A stretch of 64,000 nt of DNA from Borreliella garinii (GTDB taxonomy: Bacteria > Spirochaetota > Spirochaetia > JABEVK01). Shown here one piece after another: positions 10,124 to 18,715 of the stretch. Location: positions 11,039 to 75,038 of the forward strand of contig DYOB01000002.1 in assembly GCA_020720765.1 (NCBI GenBank), read 5' to 3'. Under the pieces are notes generated by a model that worked only from the letters and a program-made list of their open reading frames with translations, had not been told where the DNA came from and ran no database searches. Position numbers and translations under genes: made by a program. Position 1 is the first letter of the stretch. Every line of letters begins with the position of its first letter.

Positions 10124-10782
10124 ACGCAGTTTTTGAGTCAGGGTATGCAAAAGTTTCACTTATCGCCCACACCTGTTTACTAATTTTACTCGTGATTCTT
10201 CTTCCACGCCAGGTTCAATATCAAGAGTTTCAGGTTTCCCTCGTTGCAGATACACCTCTTCAAACAGGAGCAGGCAACCAAAGCAGTCCTTATAATTATG
10301 ACTCTGAGAAACTCCGGGTTCCTGGACTTAGGGAATCCCTACCGTCGATGATTATTCCGGAACCCGAACGGCTTGACTATAAATCAGCAGCCTTGCCCAA
10401 CGACTCAACACCAACCTCAACAAACGAAACCGTTAATTTTGAATTTTCTGCCGATGAAATTCTTTTTGAAAACGAAAACACCGCTGAAATTTCAAAACTA
10501 TCAAACACCCAAGCTGAATGGGAATCTGGCGGCGGAATGCTTAGAGACTCCCTTGATTATTCTGATCTAAGTAAGTTGACCCTGACACAAAGTATACGTC
10601 TTAGAGTAATTCTCAACGTGTCCAAAGAAGGTCTAATTTTAAGTTTTTCAGGCGCGCAAACAGGAAATACTGAAATTGATGAATCCCTTTCGACCTTTAT
10701 CAGGAAACTTTCTTTCAGGCCGGCAGACCAAGATTATTCAGCTATTCTACTACTTACTCTTCAACCTGGAGATGCCTTTTGA
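10120..10782 (+). CDS. TonB/TolA-like energy-transducer protein.
   Basis: 220 aa. The N-terminal TM anchor contains an S-x3-H motif (SLIAH), as in TonB/TolA. A Pro/Thr-containing linker is followed by a C-terminal domain matching the TonB-C pattern (IRLRVILNVSKEGLILSFSGAQTGNTEIDESLSTFIRKLSFRP). ATGA overlaps join it to both exbD and tamB. Confidence 0.65.
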   Translation: MNAVFESGYAKVSLIAHTCLLILLVILLPRQVQYQEFQVSLVADTPLQTGAGNQSSPYNYDSEKLRVPGLRESLPSMIIPEPERLDYKSAALPNDSTPTSTNETVNFEFSADEILFENENTAEISKLSNTQAEWESGGGMLRDSLDYSDLSKLTLTQSIRLRVILNVSKEGLILSFSGAQTGNTEIDESLSTFIRKLSFRPADQDYSAILLLTLQPGDAF

Positions 10783-13700
10783 AAATTCCCTGGAAGAAGT
10801 TGAATCCAGTTTTAGGAATAGCGGGTTTAATCTTCATTCTTCTCGGATACTTTCCGCTAACAGCATTTGTTGACGCTCAACTGTTAAAATTGAAAGATGG
10901 ACTGATTACCCAGTTAGAAACCCTTATAGCAAGGAAAATATCTTATGATAGTATTTCCCCGGCAATCTTTAATGGGATAGAAATTCGTGGATTGGTTTTG
11001 GAAGGTGGCAATTCTAAAAGCAGGATAGAACTATCAAAAATAGTCCTGTCCTACGATATTTTTGATTTTTTTCTCCGCGGTGAATCGCTTCTCAGCGAAA
11101 TCCGCATCGTTTCAAGCGATATCCAACTCGATACCCAAAGGGACAAAGATATCCTCGAACTGATTGAAGTACTTGTGAAACAAAAGGACGGGATTCCCCC
11201 GATTACTGTTATCGGAGAAGATCTTGCCTTATCCATTTCTGATAAAGGAAACAGTTACTCCGTCGAAAACATCTTCTTTAGATTTGAAAACTTAGGCGAA
11301 TCCTATACTTTTTCTTTGGATGCTGAAGTCAATGGAGAATTTACGGAAGATTTTTTTAGTATCGAGGATTTTCAATCTACACTTTCTGTGAGAGGACGTT
11401 TTGATAAGCCATTTCGCGATGCCTTAGTCGAATTGCGTATCGATACTTTGAAAACAAATTTATTTTCAGTTAATGCTCAATCCGTTCGCATAGGGGTTTT
11501 GGGCGATATAGTAACTGTAAGAAATATCCAGAATTCCCAGCCCATGGACTTGCTTTTCAGCCTTGATCAAAGAGATGATTCCTGGCGCTTAGATTTTATG
11601 GGTGAATCCATTTCTCCATCTGATATCATTACCATTAATCAAAATGCCGAACTTTTAACACCTTGGTTATATTCGTCCTTCTCCGGCAATGGTTTTATTC
11701 AACAGAATAGCCAAGATACTTTTTTCTCTTTCGACGGCAAGATATCAGTAGATCCCAGGCTTTTTGGCGACAGACTGAATGTGAGTACAAGTTTTCATGG
11801 TGATGATAAAATTTTTATTTTCGACACTTTAAATATTCAGAAATCCGGGTTGAACATCTCTTACCAGGGGGATGTCGAATTCCTACACCGAAGTCTGAGC
11901 GGAAAACTTGAGATCTCCGAATGGACTCTCCCCAATTCCGAAGTTATCAAAGGCAGGTTGTATTTTTCCAAAACCACAGAGGGTTTAACGGCGGGAAGGG
12001 CTGAATATTTCTCAGTGGGAAACCGGCAAGCAGAAAGCTTGACAATCCAAGGGGATTTTAGTTCTGAAAACGGTTACCTGAATATTAACCTTGATATGCT
12101 CGATTCGCTTTTTGCAAATGATGGAATCCAAGTTCAGTTTACAGCGAATTGGATCCGTGATTATTTTCAAGGGTTTAAGTCGAATTTGGTTTTCAGTGAA
12201 CTTCCCCTTTCTTTGATAGTTGATCAATTCGAAAAAGTTCCATCGACCTTTGTTGATTTTTCTGACCCATGGAGGGTGTCAGGAAATATTGGAATACTTT
12301 GGTCAAATAATTTTCCCCAGATAAATATAGACAGTCTTGCCTTCAATGATATTCAAGCTAATTCACGCCGACTTCAGGTTATAGGTTCGTTTAATCCCTG
12401 GTCCCTCAAACTCAAGCAGGCAACCTTGGATTGGGACGATGTAACGATGAACATAACAGCGGATGCTCAAAGAATACGCAATGAATGGACTATCAAAATG
12501 TCCATAGATTCTGGGGAGATTTCCTATCAAGCGGATATTGCTTTCCAGGTGAACAGCCGAAGTTTTATTCTTAATGGGAATTACGGTACCAGGCTCTCGT
12601 TTAAGGAGAATAATAATATTACGACCATCGATTGGAGTGCTGAGAATTTACCTGTTCCTTTTTATGGTTCGCCCATCCTTTTATCGACTCAAGGAACCTT
12701 TTTTTCTTCACAGAACGAATGGAGCGTTACAGACGGTTTTATTAAAATAACGAAGGAGTCCTGGGGAAGTATTCAGTCCCTCGAGTTTCAAACAAAAATC
12801 AATTCTTACGGCTCCTTGATATACCTCACTCAGACATCGTATTCAGACTCGCTATCCGAACTCAAAGGTTACGGCATGGTCCCTGTAACTCAAAATGGAT
12901 TATGGTCTGCATCGCTTCTTTTATCTAATAATCAAAGTGAATCCTTAGGCTTGCTTTTCGAGCAAAGTGTGACAGAGAACCGGCTTAACCTTCAAATCAA
13001 CAGGATGCCGTTGGAACGTTTAGGTCTGACAGATATAAAAGGACGGTTTTCAACAAATACACTTTTTCTACAAAAAGATGAAGTGTGGAGTGGGGAGGTC
13101 TACATTGATATTTCTGAAGGACGGATGGGACAGGACGCCTTTTCACTTCAAGGTTTGGCAAGGTTTGAGGATCAAAACATTTTGATTGAAACCGGAAAGA
13201 TTGATTACCTCCAGCAAAGTCTTTCAAATATTAGGGGGCAATTAAACCTAAAGGAGGGGGTTGCCAAACTTGGAGCGGTTTTTCAGGGAACGGTACAGGG
13301 AGCGCCCTTGAATTTTGATGTAAATTCAGATATTTCCCTTGGAGAACAGATTCGTTTCAGCGGAAATGACTTCAGCGTTGATAGGATCACCGGAAGGGTG
13401 GCATTAACAAAAATTACATATAACAAAGAATCCCAAAATGATTTCGTTATGACTTTAAGCAAAATCCGTTCTGTGACAACTATTAGGGGTGGAGAGGGGA
13501 ATTCCTTTTTAGGACGAATCACAGACGACGGAAATTTTAGGTTTCAATTAAATTCTCCTTCTCCTGTCCAATTCAGGTTTGACGGGAGGTTGGATAATGG
13601 AAATTTATCCTCAAATATCACTGGAATTCAATTTGATGCACAAGCACTTTCGTTTTTTATTGGTGAAGGAATCGCTAAAATCCGAAGAGGGGAAATCATA

Positions 13701-15005
13701 GGCGATATTTCTATCAACGGCCCAATTAGCAACCCCAATATTCTAGGAACCCTCCTTGTTAACCAGATCAGCGGAAAAAGCACCCTGGTGGGAGGAGATT
13801 TCGGACCCATCAACACCCAGCTGATTTTTTCAGAGCAAGGCTTGGAAATCGCGGAAACCCGTTTCCGTATAGGGTCGGGCTCAGTCTCACTGCGTGGTGT
13901 ATTTTTATTGGATAGATGGATACCCGAACGATATATCTTTTCTGTTGATGTCAAGGTTGGTGAAGAAATAACGCTGACTTATAACGTTAATCCTTTACAG
14001 ATGATAGGAAATATAGCGGGAACCTTCGAAATCCAGGGGAATTCTTTTGGAGCAAATATTAAAGGAAACCTTATACTCAGCGAGACTTTGATAAATATTG
14101 TCCCTGTAGCCCCTGAACCCGCTACAGTCAGCAATTTTAATATCAACACAGATTTGGTCATTACTTCGGGAAACAGGGTAGAATTTGTATGGCCCTTTGC
14201 CAACTATCCCATAATAAGAGCTTATATTGCCCCCAAACAGCAAATTATTTTTCAAAGTGAAGGATTCACCGGAAATTATAAACTTATAGGAAGTCTGAAT
14301 ATACGCGGCGGTGAAATCTTTTATTTAAATCAGATTTTCTTTTTACGTGAAGGGGAAATGCGTTTTAACGAAAACCAGAATAAGTTCGATCCCTTCCTTA
14401 CTCTGAGAGCGGAATTAAGGCGCAGAGAACCAGAAGGAGCGGTGATCATAGTCCTTTTGGTTCAAGATTTTCTGAGCAAGTTCAGCCCCAGGTTTGAATC
14501 AATTCCCCCTAAGTCCCCTGAAGAAATCGCCCTTTATATAGGAAATACCATACTTTCTCCCGATCAGTACACAAGGATCGGGTTCGAGGGCGCTATCAAC
14601 TTTGCGACGGATATAGGCTCTTCGTTTGTTCTCAGGCCTTTTGAACAACTCGTCAAGGACACATTTCAGCTCGATTTATTTACAGTTCGGACACAAATTC
14701 TCCAGCGATTTGTAACAGGGGGACTAGACAATAAGGCTGCAACATTGGAGGATTATCTCGACAACACGAGTCTTTTCCTTGGAAAGTACTTGGGTGAGGA
14801 CCTTTTTGTAGAAGGTTTGTTAAGTTTGAATGCGGATAAGGATATTAATAGTCTAACTTACGGGGAAATAAGCGGTGAAGTCGAGCTTGGTTTGGAATTG
14901 CAAACTCCTTTTTTTCTTTTAAACTGGAAACTTGTACCTCAAACGCCTTCTCAGTTGTTTATACCGGATAATACCCTTTCCTTCAGTTGGAGATGGACGT
15001 ACTAA
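10779..15005 (+). CDS. tamB: Translocation and assembly module protein TamB (AsmA-like, DUF490 C-terminus).
   Basis: 1408 aa with an N-terminal TM anchor and a long beta-rich periplasm-spanning body. It sits immediately upstream of bamA and skp, as in spirochete TamB loci. Confidence 0.8.
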   Translation: MKIPWKKLNPVLGIAGLIFILLGYFPLTAFVDAQLLKLKDGLITQLETLIARKISYDSISPAIFNGIEIRGLVLEGGNSKSRIELSKIVLSYDIFDFFLRGESLLSEIRIVSSDIQLDTQRDKDILELIEVLVKQKDGIPPITVIGEDLALSISDKGNSYSVENIFFRFENLGESYTFSLDAEVNGEFTEDFFSIEDFQSTLSVRGRFDKPFRDALVELRIDTLKTNLFSVNAQSVRIGVLGDIVTVRNIQNSQPMDLLFSLDQRDDSWRLDFMGESISPSDIITINQNAELLTPWLYSSFSGNGFIQQNSQDTFFSFDGKISVDPRLFGDRLNVSTSFHGDDKIFIFDTLNIQKSGLNISYQGDVEFLHRSLSGKLEISEWTLPNSEVIKGRLYFSKTTEGLTAGRAEYFSVGNRQAESLTIQGDFSSENGYLNINLDMLDSLFANDGIQVQFTANWIRDYFQGFKSNLVFSELPLSLIVDQFEKVPSTFVDFSDPWRVSGNIGILWSNNFPQINIDSLAFNDIQANSRRLQVIGSFNPWSLKLKQATLDWDDVTMNITADAQRIRNEWTIKMSIDSGEISYQADIAFQVNSRSFILNGNYGTRLSFKENNNITTIDWSAENLPVPFYGSPILLSTQGTFFSSQNEWSVTDGFIKITKESWGSIQSLEFQTKINSYGSLIYLTQTSYSDSLSELKGYGMVPVTQNGLWSASLLLSNNQSESLGLLFEQSVTENRLNLQINRMPLERLGLTDIKGRFSTNTLFLQKDEVWSGEVYIDISEGRMGQDAFSLQGLARFEDQNILIETGKIDYLQQSLSNIRGQLNLKEGVAKLGAVFQGTVQGAPLNFDVNSDISLGEQIRFSGNDFSVDRITGRVALTKITYNKESQNDFVMTLSKIRSVTTIRGGEGNSFLGRITDDGNFRFQLNSPSPVQFRFDGRLDNGNLSSNITGIQFDAQALSFFIGEGIAKIRRGEIIGDISINGPISNPNILGTLLVNQISGKSTLVGGDFGPINTQLIFSEQGLEIAETRFRIGSGSVSLRGVFLLDRWIPERYIFSVDVKVGEEITLTYNVNPLQMIGNIAGTFEIQGNSFGANIKGNLILSETLINIVPVAPEPATVSNFNINTDLVITSGNRVEFVWPFANYPIIRAYIAPKQQIIFQSEGFTGNYKLIGSLNIRGGEIFYLNQIFFLREGEMRFNENQNKFDPFLTLRAELRRREPEGAVIIVLLVQDFLSKFSPRFESIPPKSPEEIALYIGNTILSPDQYTRIGFEGAINFATDIGSSFVLRPFEQLVKDTFQLDLFTVRTQILQRFVTGGLDNKAATLEDYLDNTSLFLGKYLGEDLFVEGLLSLNADKDINSLTYGEISGEVELGLELQTPFFLLNWKLVPQTPSQLFIPDNTLSFSWRWTY

Positions 15006-15020
15006 ATTAGAGGAGTGTGA

Positions 15021-17633
15021 ATGAAAAAATTACTTTGGACCCTGGGCTTTTTCTTGGCAACCATGGTTTCGGGATATTCCCAGGAAGAGCCTGAAGCATC
15101 GACGTGGTATTTGGAAAAACCTATACGTGAAATTAAGTTTGACGGTCTCCGTTCGGTGAGCGGAACAGAACTTGATTCCCTGGTTAAACCCTACATTGGA
15201 CAAAAATTTAACGACGTTCTTTTCCGCGAGCTTCAAACCACACTTTATGGTCTTGATTACTTTGAAGGCTTTATTAGGCCGGAAGTGCAGAAAGCAGATC
15301 CCGAGGGGAATTCAATAGTTTTGATTTTTTACGTCCAGGAGAAACCTTCTATCAAGGAAATCCGTTTTATCGGAAACACCAGATTATCGACACAAGAATT
15401 GAGAGAAAAAATCAGTATAAAAGCCGACGATCTTTTAAGCAGTCCGAAAATTCGCCTCGATGAGCGGGCTTTAAGGGATTTTTATATCGAGAAGGGCTAT
15501 ACAACGGCAAGGATAGGCAGCGAAGTCGAAACCCTCGAGAATGTCAACAAAGTCATTCTTACTTTTAAAGTTGAGGAAGGAAATCAAACCCTTGTTAAAT
15601 CCATCACCTTTGAAGGGATCTCTTTTGCAACTGAAGGTAGCCTTCGAGGAGTCTTAGCCAGCAAACAACAGGCCTTTTTTGATTCTGGAATCTTTAAGGA
15701 AATCAACCTGGTTCAGGATAAAAATAATATACACGCCTATTACTGGGATAGAGGATACGTTGATGCAAAAGTTTTGGAAATACGGCGCCCTACGACGCTC
15801 AATCCTGAAACCCAGCGAGTGGAAATGGACTTGGTCTTCGTTATTAGCGAGGGTGACCTCTTTACTTATGGAAATACAACCTTTGAAGGGAACGGTATAT
15901 TTTCGGATGAAGAGCTTGGTCTCCTTGTAAAACACGTTCCTGATACGATTCTCAGCAAACAAAAAACCGACCTTGATTACCAGAGGATTCTCGACCTGTA
16001 TTATGAAAATGGATATATTTTTAATACGATAGAGCGCGAAGAAATCCGTGATGGCTCCATCGTCAACTTCGTGATTAAAATTATTGAACGACCTCGGGCA
16101 CATATTGAAAATATTATTGTCCGGGGAAATACTAAAACCCATGAAAATGTCATACTCCGTGAAATCCCCCTTGAGCCGGGTGACGTTTTCAGCAAATCAA
16201 AGATTATCGAAGGTATACGAAACCTCTACAACCTTCAGTATTTTTCAACTGTAAATCCTGAAACCCCCCAGGGCAGCGCGGATGGATTAATGGATGTTGT
16301 TATTTCTTTAGAAGAGGCAAATACCGCCGAGATCCTTTTCGGTTTGGCCTTTAGCGGTTCTACAGATTTCCCTGTATCAGGCCAATTGAAATGGCAGGAT
16401 AGAAACTTCCTTGGCCGAGGTCAGACATTAGGTGTTGAGGCCAATGTTTCTCCGGTTCAACAAAGCCTTTCTGCAAACTTTTCCGACAGTTGGGCTTTTG
16501 ACCAAAGACTTACATTGGGTGGATCGTTTTCTATAGGCCACTATTATCGAACTGGGATAGACCAGGACGTTGCCTTTCCTTTTTACACAGACGACTATAT
16601 CCCAGATCCTTACGACAACCATACCTATGTTTTTACTACTCCGACAACATATGGTCCAATAACGTATCAACCCGGCCAAGTATTTCCGGGTGTACCCGAT
16701 GCAACAGAGATCAGTACCTATAACCTTAAACTACAATACCAGTACGACCAGGAAAACGGCATTTTAAAAAGCGGTAAGAACTCAATGACCCTGGATGAAT
16801 GGTCTTTTTCCTTGGGTCTTAATACTGGCTATTCGCTTTTTACATGGCTTGGAAGGTTTATTTTCGGGACAGGTTTAAACTCAACCTTACAATTTGTGAC
16901 CTACGATTCGACAATTTACCGCCCTGCCAACGAATCCTTAAGGGAAAACCTTAACGCATGGATTTTTGAGAACTCCTGGTCTTCAAGGGCTTTTTGGGAT
17001 ACAAGGGATTTTATCTATAACCCTGAAATGGGAACGCTTTTAGGTTTTTCTTATACTGTTATGGGTGGATTCCTCGGTGGTTCAGCGCACTTTACCCGTT
17101 TTCAGATCAAAGGTGAGGCCAACTATAAGCTCGTTAATATCGAACTTACCGACTGGTATACCTATAAACTCATAGCCAGGGTCCGTTCGGTTATGTCCTT
17201 TATTTCTGAACCTCTTGGTGGCCCCGGTGAAATAGTTGCTCAGCCAAAACATTTGCTCTATGTTGATGGAATGACTGCTGGACGCGGTTGGAGGCCTACG
17301 AGTTCATTACAAAACGGTACCAGTTCTTGGTCTATAAACTTCGAATTCCGAATGCCAGTTGTAGAATCATTACTTTGGTTCGATACCTTTTTTGATATCT
17401 TCAGTATTAAACATGAGAGTACGCCCTTACTCCCGCTAAGCCTGCAAGACCTCTATTTAAGTTATGGTTTTGGGCTAAGGGTCACAAACCCCCAGTTACC
17501 CATTGGTCTGTATTTGGCTAAAACTTTCCGAGTAGACGAGGCAAACTCCGTTGTTTGGCAATCTGGAGATGGTATCTTTGGTTCGGATATTGATATGCGC
17601 TTAATTTTAACGTTTGGGTTTGATCTATATTAG
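15021..17633 (+). CDS. bamA: Outer membrane protein assembly factor BamA (Omp85).
   Basis: 870 aa with a signal peptide, POTRA-like repeats (IREIKFDGLRSVSGTEL..., IKEIRFIGNTRLS..., IENIIVRGNTKTHENVILREIPLEPGDVFS) and a C-terminal beta-barrel domain. Confidence 0.9.
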   Translation: MKKLLWTLGFFLATMVSGYSQEEPEASTWYLEKPIREIKFDGLRSVSGTELDSLVKPYIGQKFNDVLFRELQTTLYGLDYFEGFIRPEVQKADPEGNSIVLIFYVQEKPSIKEIRFIGNTRLSTQELREKISIKADDLLSSPKIRLDERALRDFYIEKGYTTARIGSEVETLENVNKVILTFKVEEGNQTLVKSITFEGISFATEGSLRGVLASKQQAFFDSGIFKEINLVQDKNNIHAYYWDRGYVDAKVLEIRRPTTLNPETQRVEMDLVFVISEGDLFTYGNTTFEGNGIFSDEELGLLVKHVPDTILSKQKTDLDYQRILDLYYENGYIFNTIEREEIRDGSIVNFVIKIIERPRAHIENIIVRGNTKTHENVILREIPLEPGDVFSKSKIIEGIRNLYNLQYFSTVNPETPQGSADGLMDVVISLEEANTAEILFGLAFSGSTDFPVSGQLKWQDRNFLGRGQTLGVEANVSPVQQSLSANFSDSWAFDQRLTLGGSFSIGHYYRTGIDQDVAFPFYTDDYIPDPYDNHTYVFTTPTTYGPITYQPGQVFPGVPDATEISTYNLKLQYQYDQENGILKSGKNSMTLDEWSFSLGLNTGYSLFTWLGRFIFGTGLNSTLQFVTYDSTIYRPANESLRENLNAWIFENSWSSRAFWDTRDFIYNPEMGTLLGFSYTVMGGFLGGSAHFTRFQIKGEANYKLVNIELTDWYTYKLIARVRSVMSFISEPLGGPGEIVAQPKHLLYVDGMTAGRGWRPTSSLQNGTSSWSINFEFRMPVVESLLWFDTFFDIFSIKHESTPLLPLSLQDLYLSYGFGLRVTNPQLPIGLYLAKTFRVDEANSVVWQSGDGIFGSDIDMRLILTFGFDLY

Positions 17634-17644
17634 AGGAGTAAGAC

Positions 17645-18157
17645 ATGAAGAAATTTATGAGTGTCCTGGGGATTTTGCTTATTGGGGCAAGTTTGGGAGC
17701 CCAACAATTCACCAGGATCGGCGTTGTTGATCTCAACAGGGTATATTCCCAATTCTTCCGTGAATCGGAGCCTGTAAAACGTCTGGAAGAATTGAGAAAT
17801 ACGATTCAGAGGGAAGTAGCCCGGATGAATGAAGAGATTAACGGGCTTGAAAAAAATAGGTTGGATGCTCAAGCAGCAAACGATAGCCGGACGGTACTAA
17901 CTTTGGATCAATCAATTCAAACAAAAAAAGATTATCTGAGGGAATTTGTGCGTGTCCGACAAGCTCAGTTGAATTCCGAACGTGAAGCCCTGACGAGAAA
18001 TACATCATTTCTAACAAGAATCACTGCGGAAATCCGGTTCGTTGCTGAGTCGAAAGGGTATACTATGGTATTTAGGACTGACGACCCTAATCTCCTCTAT
18101 TACAACGTTGAATCAGATTTGACGGAAGATGTGATTAAAAGGCTGATAACCCCCTGA
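17645..18157 (+). CDS. skp: Periplasmic chaperone Skp/OmpH.
   Basis: 170 aa with a signal peptide, a coiled-coil-rich middle and the OmpH-like motif IGVVDLNRVY. Immediately downstream of bamA. Confidence 0.8.
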   Translation: MKKFMSVLGILLIGASLGAQQFTRIGVVDLNRVYSQFFRESEPVKRLEELRNTIQREVARMNEEINGLEKNRLDAQAANDSRTVLTLDQSIQTKKDYLREFVRVRQAQLNSEREALTRNTSFLTRITAEIRFVAESKGYTMVFRTDDPNLLYYNVESDLTEDVIKRLITP

Positions 18158-18170
18158 ACGTAAGTGGGGT

Positions 18171-18662
18171 TTAGGATTCTTTTTGAATCTGGCTTTTTAG
18201 AACTTTTTCTAAAAGCGAAAATTTGTTTTTATTTTCTTCGGATACATCCATCAGGTCCTGGTGGGTGTTAAGGAGAAACTCTGCGGAAGGAAGCCTTTCC
18301 CTTAAAGCCTTAACCATAGGTGAGGGAAGGCTTCTTTTTTCATTGATAATATTCAGCAAACGAAAAATTCCTAAACCTTTTAGAAGCAGTATGCTTTCCT
18401 CAGAAGGGTTTAAAATATCGAGAATTTTGCCCTTTTGTTCCTTAAGGATTTTATTAAACCCTAAAATAAGACCCATAAAGGTAGAATCCATATATTCACA
18501 TTCTCCCAGGTCTACAAGAACCCCGCTTAAAACCTTGTGGGACTCAAGGAGGGTTTGCATTTGGAGTTTAAGATCAGGACACAAAGCAGCAGTAATATGT
18601 CCAACCGCTTTAATATAAAATTCACCGTCCTGATAGAGGTAATAGAGAGCTTCATCGGCCAT
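18171..18662 (-). CDS. STAS-domain protein, similar to the anti-sigma-factor antagonist SpoIIAA.
   Basis: 163 aa with a STAS-like core (YIKAVGHITAALCPDLKLQ...VLVDLGECEYMDSTFMGLILGF). A monocistronic minus-strand gene between skp and mutS. Confidence 0.55.
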   Translation of the reverse strand: MADEALYYLYQDGEFYIKAVGHITAALCPDLKLQMQTLLESHKVLSGVLVDLGECEYMDSTFMGLILGFNKILKEQKGKILDILNPSEESILLLKGLGIFRLLNIINEKRSLPSPMVKALRERLPSAEFLLNTHQDLMDVSEENKNKFSLLEKVLKSQIQKES

Positions 18663-18715
18663 TAATGAAATCTTAATACCTTTTACCCGTTTTGTAAATA
18701 CTTTATACTCAACCT

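Noticed and set aside
18145-18185. A possible intrinsic terminator (CCCC...GGGG stem plus T-run) between the convergent skp and STAS genes. A similar TTATTGaCAATAA inverted repeat lies at about 59600 between the small membrane protein gene and rodA.
   Set aside because: The stems are short and AT-rich or imperfect, and the T-tracts are interrupted. They are too weak to call as features with confidence.
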